Of a stretch of 32,000 nt of DNA, positions 11,577 to 19,940 are shown in pieces. The position numbers and the translations under genes are program-made. The DNA lies in NCBI RefSeq assembly GCF_001457595.1, contig NZ_LN831039.1, forward strand, positions 6,660,001-6,692,000, given 5' to 3'. Each line of letters opens with the position of its first letter. Positions within the stretch are counted from its first letter, which is position 1. The notes under the pieces were generated by a model, which saw nothing but the letters and a program-made list of their open reading frames with translations, was not told the origin of the DNA and ran no database searches. This DNA is from Mycolicibacterium smegmatis. GTDB taxonomy: Bacteria; Actinomycetota; Actinomycetes; Mycobacteriales; Mycobacteriaceae.

Positions 11577-12632
11577 TCATGACGCCGCTTTGCAAGCCCA
11601 AAGGACACTATTCACAAGATAGGTTGCGGTTGCCGACAGCGAATTGTCTCTAGGGGTGTAGGCCGGCAGTGCGGCGACGAACGCACGGCGATATTGCGCA
11701 GCTAGAACTGCGAAATCTTCAAATACTGGGTTTCCGCTCCGGCGACCCAAGCGTTCCAGCTCGTCAGCGCTTGCGGACATGACCGGACGGACCTCTTCAA
11801 CGACGGACTGCTGCTCACGGGTCCAGTCACCGTACGGAATGTTCGGATCGATTGCCCGCCATGGAGCTACTTCGTCCGCGAACATCTTGGCATTGGACTC
11901 CCACTCGGCGCACACTGGCAAGTCCCGCTCGATGAAGAGCTGCGAATCCGCCCCGCTCGAACCTGCTAGGCCAGAAGAAGGCTCATCGGGCTCGGACAGC
12001 AGCGGCTCGACGGCCGCTGCCGCTTTCGAGGACACCCCAGAGCAAATTCCACTGAGCGCGGACGACAGACCATCCACAACGGCGGCCAAGTCATCGTCGT
12101 TTTCAACGTAGGAGGGCAAGCGATCTACGAATCGTACTGTGTAAGCGACGAATTGACCGTAAACTTCACGCAAGACCCGATGTGGTGTTCGCGTCTCCAA
12201 GTTTCGCGTTTTCTCGGCAGCAGCCGTCATTGCCTTCGCGACAGTTTCATACATGGCACGTTGGCTGCTGCTCCAGGACGTCGCGGGCACTCTATAGTCA
12301 CGATCTGCCCAGTTGACTGACTCTTCCGCTGTCGCAAGTTGTTGCCCGATGGAGCCCCACGCGTCACACGTGCTGTCCTCTGTTATCACATTGACGGAAC
12401 TTGTATCACTAGTGCTGGCAAGGTCGGATTCAGGGCCGCTCGGCGTTCCAGCAACTGACGCGTTTTCGCTGTCCGGTTTGACAATGAGCACCGTGACCAC
12501 CACCGCGAGTGCGATAGCCAAGACCACGGCGAGCCCGCCGAAGATCCATTTAACTTTGTCCCCGTTCGACGGAGTCGGTCCATTACCCCGCTGCTGCTGC
12601 GGGCCAGACGGCGGCGGTGGAAGCGAAGTCAT
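11577..12632 (-). CDS. Hypothetical membrane-anchored protein with two internal Cys-bounded repeats
   Basis: 351 aa; Pro/Gln-rich N-terminus, single TM (WIFGGLAVVLAIALAVVVTVLIV), Ser/Thr linker, then repeats at aa 89-197 and 241-347, each starting and ending with Cys. Confidence 0.75.
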   Translation of the reverse strand: MTSLPPPPSGPQQQRGNGPTPSNGDKVKWIFGGLAVVLAIALAVVVTVLIVKPDSENASVAGTPSGPESDLASTSDTSSVNVITEDSTCDAWGSIGQQLATAEESVNWADRDYRVPATSWSSSQRAMYETVAKAMTAAAEKTRNLETRTPHRVLREVYGQFVAYTVRFVDRLPSYVENDDDLAAVVDGLSSALSGICSGVSSKAAAAVEPLLSEPDEPSSGLAGSSGADSQLFIERDLPVCAEWESNAKMFADEVAPWRAIDPNIPYGDWTREQQSVVEEVRPVMSASADELERLGRRSGNPVFEDFAVLAAQYRRAFVAALPAYTPRDNSLSATATYLVNSVLWACKAAS

Positions 12633-12764
12633 GCGCCACCGTCAATCACTTGCCGAACTGGCGCACGCATGATCGCCGAACTAGTGATTCGCCAGGTCGC
12701 CCGTCCCCTCGCTCGCGTATGAACGCGTGCCGGTATACCCATGCATCCCCCTTGTGCAAAACCT

Positions 12765-12807
12765 AACGCTGCCGCAAGGCCAGCGTTTGCCACATCAGCT
12801 TAAACGC
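12765..12807. promoter_or_regulatory. Two overlapping, mutually exclusive hairpins
   Basis: Hairpin 1: AACGCTG-CC-gcaa-GG-(c)-CAGCGTT (12765-12787). Hairpin 2: GCGTTT (12783-12788) pairs with AAACGC (12802-12807). Confidence 0.45.
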
Positions 12808-13074
12808 CCCTAGAGAGGGTGTGTGCGCCAATACACGGAACGCTCCCCGCTGGCGGACTGGCTCCACCGCAATGCATTCGGCTCGATACCGAGTCCAAGG
12901 CAAAGGCCGGGTTGCGTGTATCGGAGCCCGACGCGTCATCCCAATGGCGCAGCGCGGCGACCTCTGGCCCTCTCCCCAACCGATCAGATACAGGCCTACC
13001 GACACCACGGGCACTCCGCCGCCAGCACCTGTTGCTGCAGATTTGTGATGGTTCCACTGAGATGCATATGTAAG

Positions 13075-13122
13075 GGCTCTCCCCCAGCCTGATCAGCCGC
13101 GCACCTCGGTGAGGTAGTTGTA
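13075..13122 (+). repeat. Right copy of 48-bp direct repeat flanking the cryptic island (39-bp perfect core 13084-13122)
   Basis: ggctctcccccagcctgatcagccgcgcacctcggtgaggtagttgta; identical to the left copy except one base. Confidence 0.97.
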
Positions 13123-14823
13123 GATCGTGTAGCGCGTCACGTCGAGTTGGCCCGCGACGTGCTCCACCGAGTCACGGATCAGGAAGAACCCGGCCTCGTC
13201 GAGTTCACGCACCACCGCGGCCTTGTGCTGCTTCTTCATCTCCGCCGGCGGCACTCCCACCTTGGCGATCGCCCGGTCGATGAGGAACCGCTGCAGGCTG
13301 TCGATGTCGCGGGGGAAGGTCTCGGGCTGCTCGGGTGCATCGGCCGCAACAGTCTCTGCCATCGCGCTGTTCACACACAGACAGCCGACGGCGACGCCGT
13401 CGGCGTCACGCAGGAACAACGTCGACGAGCGGATCGGCCTGCCGTCGGGACTGTTGGTGCGGTAGTTGATCAGGTCCTGCGTGGTGCCGCGACGGATCAA
13501 CCCCAGCAGCAGGTCGGTCATGGGACCGCCGACGGTCCGGCCCGTGAGATCCCCGGCGATCGCCACGATCGAATCGGGCAGCCGCGAAAGGTCGTGCAGC
13601 AGTACCTCGTTGCCCGGTCCCAGCATGGCCGCAAGGCCGTGCACGGCAGGCACCAGCGACGTGAGCAGCTCGTGCGTGGCCGGTCCGGACGCCGAAGGTG
13701 GTGCGGGCGTGGCGGTTCGGGCCCTGGCGAGTGCGGTCAGTGCGGACCGGACCTCATCGACGACGTCCAGCGATGTCGACGCGTGCGGCGACAACCGCAC
13801 ATGTTCGGGGCGCACGGTCGCGGCGATACCCGCCGAGTTGAGCGCGATGCCCACCTGTTCGGCCGGTTGCCCGGGCAGCGTGAACGCCAGGATGCCCGCG
13901 CGGCGGTCGGTGGCCGAAACAATTGTCGCCCCCAGGGATTCGAGCATGTCCTGCAGAGCGTCGACCCGCTCGGCGATACGCGCGGCGATGGCCGCGACCC
14001 CGGCGTCCTCCACGAGTTCGAGCGCCTCGGCGAACGCGCCGGAGGTCACGGGACTCAGGTTGGAGATCGACCACGCCGCGGCAGTGCTCTCGGGCGGGTG
14101 GATGGTGTTGTCGAACAGACCGGGGTCACGCGCGCCGGTCCAGCCCGAGAGCACCGGGTCCATGCGTTCGAGCATGCGGTCGGACAGCTTGGTGAAACCC
14201 GTGCCCCACCCGGCGCGCAGCCACTTCTGCCCGCCGACCACCAGCACGTCGGCCACCTCCCACGGCGCCTCGATGACGCCGAACCCCTGGATGCCGTCGA
14301 CGACGAACAACCGGTCGCCGATCACGTCGCGCAGCGCAGCCAGGTCCGCGCGGTACCCGGTGCGGAAATCCACGGCGCTCACCGACACCACGGTGACGTC
14401 GTCGGTCAGGGCCTCGGCCACCGCGTCGGGCGTCACGTGTCCCGCCCGAAGACGGCGCACCGTGACCCGGCCCGTCTGTTCGGCGCGCGCCCACGGGTAG
14501 GTGTTGGCCGGGAACTCGGCCTCGGACACCAACACCGTCCCGCCGGGCACACTGAACGCGGCCTGCAACAGGCCCATGCTCGTATGCGGCTGCAGCACAA
14601 TGTGATCGGTGTCGCTGCCGCACAGCCGGGCCGCGGCCGCCTTGGCACGCACCTCTTGGCGCATCAGTTCGTCGACGGTGGCGGGGCCCGCGTGCGCCGA
14701 CTGCTCCGACAGGCGCGCGGTCGCGTCGAGGACCGCGTACGACGGTGGGCCGAACCGCGCGAAGTCCAGGTACCCGGCCGACTCGGTGAACTGCAGCAGG
14801 TAGCGCGGCGAGATGGGCCTCAC
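13093..14823 (-). CDS. Fusion protein: class V aminotransferase/cysteine desulfurase-like domain (aa 1-~370) + YheO/DauR-like PAS + HTH domain (aa ~380-576)
   Basis: PLP-site motifs [11 protein letters not shown] (D176) and [16 protein letters not shown] (K200). C-terminal [56 protein letters not shown] resembles the YheO/DauR-type HTH. Confidence 0.88.
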   Translation of the reverse strand: MRPISPRYLLQFTESAGYLDFARFGPPSYAVLDATARLSEQSAHAGPATVDELMRQEVRAKAAAARLCGSDTDHIVLQPHTSMGLLQAAFSVPGGTVLVSEAEFPANTYPWARAEQTGRVTVRRLRAGHVTPDAVAEALTDDVTVVSVSAVDFRTGYRADLAALRDVIGDRLFVVDGIQGFGVIEAPWEVADVLVVGGQKWLRAGWGTGFTKLSDRMLERMDPVLSGWTGARDPGLFDNTIHPPESTAAAWSISNLSPVTSGAFAEALELVEDAGVAAIAARIAERVDALQDMLESLGATIVSATDRRAGILAFTLPGQPAEQVGIALNSAGIAATVRPEHVRLSPHASTSLDVVDEVRSALTALARARTATPAPPSASGPATHELLTSLVPAVHGLAAMLGPGNEVLLHDLSRLPDSIVAIAGDLTGRTVGGPMTDLLLGLIRRGTTQDLINYRTNSPDGRPIRSSTLFLRDADGVAVGCLCVNSAMAETVAADAPEQPETFPRDIDSLQRFLIDRAIAKVGVPPAEMKKQHKAAVVRELDEAGFFLIRDSVEHVAGQLDVTRYTIYNYLTEVRG

Positions 14824-15593
14824 GCGAGCACCCGCGCCAGGAACTGGCGGGTGCGTTCGTGCTCGGGGTCTTTCAGCACGCGGTCGGGCGGACCGGTCTC
14901 GACGACCGTGCCGTCGGCCATGAACACCACCTCGTCGGCGGCCTCTGCGGCGAAACCGATCTCGTGTGTCACCACGACCATCGTCATCCCTTCCCGGGCC
15001 AGGCTGTTCATCACGGCCAGCACCTCACCGACCAATTCGGGGTCGAGTGCGGAGGTCGGCTCGTCGAACAGCATCAGTTTGGGTTTCATCGCGAGCGAGC
15101 GCGCGATCGCCACGCGCTGCTGCTGCCCGCCGGACAGTTGCGCGGGGAACGCGTCGGCGCGGTCGGCCAGGCCGACCCGCTCCAGCAGTTCCATACCTTC
15201 CCGGCGGGCGACGTCGGGTGAGACTCCGCGTACCCGGACCGGACCTTCGATGATGTTCTCCAACGCGGTCCGGTGTCCGAACAGGTTGAAGCGCTGGAAC
15301 ACCATCCCGATGTCGCGGCGCTGCCTGGCGACGTCGCGCTCGCGCAACTCGTGGAGCTTGCCGTCGCGCAGCGCGAACCCGATGGGTTCGCCGTCCACCC
15401 ACACCTGCCCGGCGTCGATGGTCTCCAGATGGTTGAGGCAGCGCAAGAACGTGCTCTTGCCGGCACCCGACGGGCCGAGCAGGCACACCACCTCGCCGCG
15501 GCGCACTTCGAGGTCGATGCCACGCAGAACCTCGGTGTGGCCGTAGCTCTTTCGCACGCCGACCGCGCGCAGCAAGGGTTCAGACACGGGCAC
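14820..15593 (-). CDS. Polar amino-acid ABC transporter ATP-binding protein (GlnQ/HisP-like)
   Basis: [20 protein letters not shown] Walker [35 protein letters not shown] signature/Walker [10 protein letters not shown]. Confidence 0.95.
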   Translation of the reverse strand: MPVSEPLLRAVGVRKSYGHTEVLRGIDLEVRRGEVVCLLGPSGAGKSTFLRCLNHLETIDAGQVWVDGEPIGFALRDGKLHELRERDVARQRRDIGMVFQRFNLFGHRTALENIIEGPVRVRGVSPDVARREGMELLERVGLADRADAFPAQLSGGQQQRVAIARSLAMKPKLMLFDEPTSALDPELVGEVLAVMNSLAREGMTMVVVTHEIGFAAEAADEVVFMADGTVVETGPPDRVLKDPEHERTRQFLARVLA

Positions 15594-16473
15594 TCCTCTT
15601 CAACGGCACCGCGCGCAGGGCCCTGGTGGCCTGTGCGGCGGCGCTGCGTTCGGCGCCGCCGAACCACCGTTCCAGGTAGTGCTGCCCGAAACCGGCGAGC
15701 GTGACCACCACCATGTACCAGATCGCCGCGGCGAAAAGGGTTTCCATCACCAGCAGGTTGTTGGACGAGATGTTGTTGGCGGCGTGCAGCAGTTCGGTCA
15801 CACCGATCACCGATGCGATCGACGTGCCCTTCAACATGTCGATGAAGTCGTTGCCGGTGGGCGGGATGATCACGCGCATGGCCTGCGGCAGCACGATCCG
15901 GCGCAGGGTCTGCGCCGGGGTCATGCCGATGGACTTGGCGGCCTCGACCTGTCCGGAGTCGACGCTGTTCAGGCCGGCCCGCACGATCTCGGCCATGTAC
16001 GCGCTTTCGTTGAGCGCCAGGCCGAGCAGCGCCGCGGTGAACGCGCTCACCAGTGCGTTGGTGGGTTCCTGCAGCAGATACCCGCCCATGGGCAGCGGGA
16101 TCGAGATCACCGGGATGACCAACGCGAGGTTGTACCAGATGAGGATCTGCAACAGCACCGGAAGACCGCGGAACAACCAGATGTAGGCCGCGGCGAACCA
16201 CCGCGCGACGGGGTTCGCGCTGCGTCGCAGCAGCGCGATGCCGACCCCGATGACGATCGCCGCGGCCTGCGCGACGAGCGCGAGCAGCACGGTGTTGACC
16301 AGGCCGACGGCCATGACGCGGTAGACCACGAAGTCGGGCACCGACGACCACTTGATCTGTGCGCGCGACAGCGCGATGAACAGCAGGACGAGGGCCGCGA
16401 CGATGACGGCGGCGCCGACCCACCGGCCCCAGTGCCGGAGCCGGACGATCGGCAGGGGCTCAGCTACCGCCAT
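15580..16473 (-). CDS. Polar amino-acid ABC transporter permease (HisM/GlnP-like)
   Basis: Multiple TM segments and the [35 protein letters not shown] inner-membrane component signature. Confidence 0.94.
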   Translation of the reverse strand: MAVAEPLPIVRLRHWGRWVGAAVIVAALVLLFIALSRAQIKWSSVPDFVVYRVMAVGLVNTVLLALVAQAAAIVIGVGIALLRRSANPVARWFAAAYIWLFRGLPVLLQILIWYNLALVIPVISIPLPMGGYLLQEPTNALVSAFTAALLGLALNESAYMAEIVRAGLNSVDSGQVEAAKSIGMTPAQTLRRIVLPQAMRVIIPPTGNDFIDMLKGTSIASVIGVTELLHAANNISSNNLLVMETLFAAAIWYMVVVTLAGFGQHYLERWFGGAERSAAAQATRALRAVPLKRSARV

Positions 16474-17434
16474 TGATCGCGGGCTCCTTCAGCGCGCCCT
16501 GCTCGACGCCCCAGCTCTGCAGGATCGTCTCGTAGGTGCCGTCGGTCATCAGTTCGCCGAGGGCCTTGGCCACCGCCTCGCGCAGTGCGACGTTGTCCTT
16601 GTTGAAGCCGATGCCGTACGGGCCGCCCTCGATCGGCGGTCCTGGCACGACCTCGAACGCGTTGCCGTCGCCCGCGGTGCGGGAGATGTAGACCGCGCTG
16701 GGCAGATCGTTGAGGATCGCCGCGACGCGTCCGGTGCGCAGCTGGTTCTGGTTCTGCGTGTCGCTGTCGGTGGCCGTGACGTTCACGGCGGGCTTGCCCT
16801 CCTGTTCGCACCGCTGGCTCTGCGCGGCGGCGAATTTCTGGTGGCTGGTGCCCTGGACGACGGCGACGTTCTTGCCGCACAACGAGTCCGGGCCGGTGAT
16901 GTTCTCGGGGTTGCCCTTCTGGATCATGATCGTGATGCCCGACGAGAAGTAGTCGACGAAGTCGATCTGCTGCTGACGTTCCTTGGTGTCGTTCATCGCG
17001 GCCATGGTCATGTCGACGCGGCCGGACTGCAGGCTGGTGATGAGCGACCCGAACGCCATGTCCTGGTGCTTGGCCTGGACGCCGAGTTTGGCCGCGATGG
17101 CCTTGGCGAGGTCCACCTCGTAACCGATCGGCGTCTTGCCGTCACCGGCGTAGAAGTTGTTGGGCGCCGACTGGATGTTCGAGCCGAGGTTGATGGTCTT
17201 GGACTGCGCGATCGCCGGCGGCAGCGCCGCGCTCAGCGCCGGGTCGGCCTCGATCGCGGCGATCACCTCGGTGTTGTCGGGGATCGCCGACGCGGTGCCG
17301 GGGGCCTGGGCGTCCCCCGCGGCGGCGTCTTCGGCGCTGCAGGCGACGGCGGCGCCTGCCGTCAGCAGCAGGGCGGCGAGCAGCACACCCGGGCGGTGGC
17401 GACTGCTCAGGCGGGTACGCAGCGTTGATGGCAT
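16460..17434 (-). CDS. Extracellular solute-binding lipoprotein (amino-acid family)
   Basis: Signal plus lipobox LLTAGAAVAC; IGYEVDLAKAIAAKLGVQAKHQDMAFGSLITSLQSGRVDMTMAAMNDTKERQQQIDFVDYF. Confidence 0.93.
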   Translation of the reverse strand: MPSTLRTRLSSRHRPGVLLAALLLTAGAAVACSAEDAAAGDAQAPGTASAIPDNTEVIAAIEADPALSAALPPAIAQSKTINLGSNIQSAPNNFYAGDGKTPIGYEVDLAKAIAAKLGVQAKHQDMAFGSLITSLQSGRVDMTMAAMNDTKERQQQIDFVDYFSSGITIMIQKGNPENITGPDSLCGKNVAVVQGTSHQKFAAAQSQRCEQEGKPAVNVTATDSDTQNQNQLRTGRVAAILNDLPSAVYISRTAGDGNAFEVVPGPPIEGGPYGIGFNKDNVALREAVAKALGELMTDGTYETILQSWGVEQGALKEPAINGGS

Positions 17435-17477
17435 CAGAGACCTCCACAGAGCGGTGAGCGGTGCGATGCGCCGAACG

Positions 17478-17518
17478 CTACAACAATTTGTTGAAATCTT
17501 CTCTACAAACTGTTGAAG
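17478..17518. promoter_or_regulatory. Candidate operator pair upstream of the amino-acid ABC/aminotransferase-regulator operon
   Basis: Perfect palindrome CAACAA-T-TTGTTG (17481-17493) inside CTACAACAATTTGTTGAA, followed by related CTACAAACTGTTGAAG (17503-17518). Confidence 0.5.
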
Positions 17519-17583
17519 TCAGTCGCCGCAGCCGTCGTCGCCGCACGGGCGACCAGCTCGGTGCGTAAGAGGTACCAGAAAAA

Positions 17584-18492
17584 TCAGCCCTGGTCAGGCG
17601 ACCAGTACTCGAGCATCTCGGCCAGGGTCTCGAACGCGGGACGGGAGACGCCGTACGCCACCTCGTAGTGGACGCTCAAGGGAAAGCCGAGCTGGCCGAC
17701 ACCGTCGATGACGCGCTTGTAGAGGTCGACCATCAACCGCCGCTTCTCGGCGGGATCCTGCTCGGCCAGACGCGAGACGAACTCCTGTTCGGCCGCGACG
17801 GCCGGATTGCCCGGGTCCTGGATGAGCCAGTTGATCAGCCCGACCTTGGCCTCCATCTTCGGCACGAAGCCGAACGACAGCAGGATCTCCGGACGGTGCT
17901 CGGTGGTCTTGGCGAACTCGGTGAGAAATCCCACGATGGCGTCGGAGTACAGCAGCTGCGTCATGCCGTACGTCGCGCCCTGGTCGCACTTGAAGTTGAA
18001 CCGCCCCTGTTCGCCCTCGCGCGTCGGGATCAGGATCGCGCCGCGGTTGGGCACCAGGTCGGCGTAGATCGACAGCGCATCGGTGGGTGCGACGCCCTCC
18101 CCCTCGCCGTCCTTCATGGTGCGCGGGACGCCCACGAACGAGATGCCGTCGAAACCGGCGCCGCTGAGCGCCGTCAGGCGCTCACGCAGCGCCTCCTCAC
18201 CCAGGAACGACGTGACCTGAGTGCACAGGCCGCGCAGGCCGGGCAGCTCGGGCCGGATGATGTTCCAGTATTCGAGGACGTCCATCTTGGGCTTCATCTC
18301 GATGGGACGGTCGTCGTCCTCGTCGATCATCCCGGGGATCATGACATGCCGGATCCGGCCTTCGATGCCGGTCTCGGCGGCGATTGCGAGCACCTTGTGG
18401 GCCTCTTCGACCGCGTACGAGGCGCCGCGCTCGACGTTCGGCGGCACGAGCTCCAGCGCGATGGTGTTCAGAGGCACGAACCTGCTCCCCAT
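17584..18492 (-). CDS. Methylenetetrahydrofolate reductase-like protein
   Basis: MetF/MTHFR-like TIM-barrel pattern (LELVPPN, SFLGEEALRERL, VGVPR, FKCDQGATYGMTQLLYSDAI). Alternative upstream start at 18525. Confidence 0.65.
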   Translation of the reverse strand: MGSRFVPLNTIALELVPPNVERGASYAVEEAHKVLAIAAETGIEGRIRHVMIPGMIDEDDDRPIEMKPKMDVLEYWNIIRPELPGLRGLCTQVTSFLGEEALRERLTALSGAGFDGISFVGVPRTMKDGEGEGVAPTDALSIYADLVPNRGAILIPTREGEQGRFNFKCDQGATYGMTQLLYSDAIVGFLTEFAKTTEHRPEILLSFGFVPKMEAKVGLINWLIQDPGNPAVAAEQEFVSRLAEQDPAEKRRLMVDLYKRVIDGVGQLGFPLSVHYEVAYGVSRPAFETLAEMLEYWSPDQG

Positions 18493-18617
18493 TTCCCTGA
18501 CGACTTCACAGGTGGACCTGACCACACTACGGAGTCTGCCTGCGGACTCGCTCGGCGCGGTCGGATAACCGCAGCTCGGACGCGCACGACACCCGCGGGG
18601 CGTGATAAACCTCCCCC

Positions 18618-19379
18618 ATGGCTGAACGCGTCAAGTTCCCCAGTTCGACCGGCCCGATGCTGGCAGGCGCCATCGACCTGCCCGAGGGCGAGGTACGTGG
18701 CTGGGGTGTTTTCTCGCACGGGTTCACCCTCGGCAAGAACTCGCCCGCCTGCTCGCGCATCTGCAAGCAACTCGCGAGCGAGGGCATCGGCATGCTGCGT
18801 TTCGACGCGCTCGGCCTCGGCGACTCCGACGGTGACTGGGGCGACGGATCGTTCACGGTCAAGGTCAACGACATCATCGAGGCCGGCCGGTTCATGGCCG
18901 AGCGCGGCACACCGCCCGACATCCTGGTCGGGCATTCGTTCGGCGGCGCGGCGGTGCTGGCCGCGGCGCGGCAGATCCCCAGCGTGCGCGCTGTCGTGAC
19001 GGTCGGGGCACCGGTCGACCCGGTGCACGTCGAGCACCAGTACGACGCATGCCTGGAGCAGGTGCTGGCCGAGGGCAGCGGCGAGTGGATGGTGGGTGGA
19101 CGGACCCTGACCCTCAAGCGCGCGTTCGTCGAGGACGTGCGCGCCGCGCAATTGCGGGACAAGATCAAGAACCTGCGCCTGCCGCTGCTGATCCTGCACT
19201 CCCCGACCGACAACACCGTCGGTATCGAGAACGCGAGCCACATCTTCCAGACCGCGCGACATCCGCGCAGCTTCGTCTCCCTGGAGGGGTCCGAACACCT
19301 GCTCACCGGCCCGGGTCAGGCACGCCGGGCCGGGCGCATCATCGGCGCGTGGGCCGATGCGTATCTGGGCGAGCGGTGA
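18618..19379 (+). CDS. Alpha/beta hydrolase (serine aminopeptidase S33-like)
   Basis: VFSHGFTLGKNSP, ILVGHSFGGAAVLAAA nucleophile elbow, LEGSEHLL catalytic His. Confidence 0.87.
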   Translation: MAERVKFPSSTGPMLAGAIDLPEGEVRGWGVFSHGFTLGKNSPACSRICKQLASEGIGMLRFDALGLGDSDGDWGDGSFTVKVNDIIEAGRFMAERGTPPDILVGHSFGGAAVLAAARQIPSVRAVVTVGAPVDPVHVEHQYDACLEQVLAEGSGEWMVGGRTLTLKRAFVEDVRAAQLRDKIKNLRLPLLILHSPTDNTVGIENASHIFQTARHPRSFVSLEGSEHLLTGPGQARRAGRIIGAWADAYLGER

Positions 19380-19400
19380 GGTCGTGAAATAGTTCGCTAC

Positions 19401-19853
19401 ATGTCTGACGTCGCCACCCGGATCGCGTTCGTACAAGCCACCTGGCATCGCAACATCGTCGATCAAGCGCGGGCCGGGTTCACCGACCGGATCAACGAGC
19501 TGGGTTTTTCCAGTGACACGTTGGAGTTCTTCGAGGTACCGGGAGCGTTCGAGATCCCGCTCACGGCGAAACGACTCGCCGAGACGGGGCGCTACCGCGC
19601 GATCGCGGCCGCAGGCCTGGTGGTCGACGGCGGCATCTACCGGCACGAGTTCGTCGCGACCGCGGTGATCGACGGCCTGATGCGCGTGCAGCTCGACACC
19701 GACGTCCCGGTGTTCTCGGTGGTGCTCACGCCGCATAACTTCCACGAGCACGACGAGCACGTGCGGTACTTCACCGAGCACTTCGTCAAGAAGGGCGCGG
19801 AGGCCGCCAACGCGGTCGCCGCGACGCTCGAACTGCACGCCTCGCTCGGCTGA
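19401..19853 (+). CDS. ribH2: 6,7-dimethyl-8-ribityllumazine synthase, RibH2-like (type II)
   Basis: 150 aa; IAFVQATWHRNIVDQAR, VPGAFEIPL, GLVVDGGIYRHEFVATAVIDGLMRVQLDTDVPVFSVVLTPHNFHEHDEHVRYFTEHFVKKGAEAANA resembles type II lumazine synthases. Confidence 0.87.
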   Translation: MSDVATRIAFVQATWHRNIVDQARAGFTDRINELGFSSDTLEFFEVPGAFEIPLTAKRLAETGRYRAIAAAGLVVDGGIYRHEFVATAVIDGLMRVQLDTDVPVFSVVLTPHNFHEHDEHVRYFTEHFVKKGAEAANAVAATLELHASLG

Positions 19854-19940
19854 CGCTGCCACCCACCGATGCCTCGTGGCGACGGTGGTGTGCGGCTTAC
19901 GATCAGGCCAGCAGTCAGGGCGGGTCGAAGGCGGCGTCCG

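Larger units (their letters stand above)
11351..13083. other. Cryptic island/insertion between the 39-bp core repeat copies; no recognisable recombinase
   Basis: Bounded by direct repeats offset by 1772 bp, visibly lower GC than flanks (e.g. 33/60 G+C in line 11461-11520), interrupts an otherwise convergent overlapping gene pair. Confidence 0.75.

Noticed and set aside
11321-11608. 95-aa minus ORF ending YNYLTEVRG as a real small gene
   Set aside because: Only the last 9 residues, supplied by the direct repeat, match the regulator in this frame. The better homology to it lies in another frame, so this is a disrupted remnant rather than a gene.
12763-13057. Small ORFs on both strands inside the island
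   Set aside because: Overlapping, no motifs, weak start context; cannot be supported as coding.
11351-13083. Island as an insertion sequence or prophage
   Set aside because: No transposase, integrase or terminal inverted repeats seen, and the 39-48 bp direct repeat is much longer than an IS target-site duplication.
13147-15546. 799-aa plus-strand ORF
   Set aside because: Lies antisense to the aminotransferase-HTH and ABC ATPase genes, whose products have clear family motifs. Its Arg/His/Gly-rich translation is typical of mirror ORFs in high-GC DNA.
19860-19892. Possible rho-independent terminator after the RibH2-like gene (CCACCG...CGGTGG)
   Set aside because: Only a 6-bp stem with a 14-nt loop and no T-tract; common by chance at this GC content.
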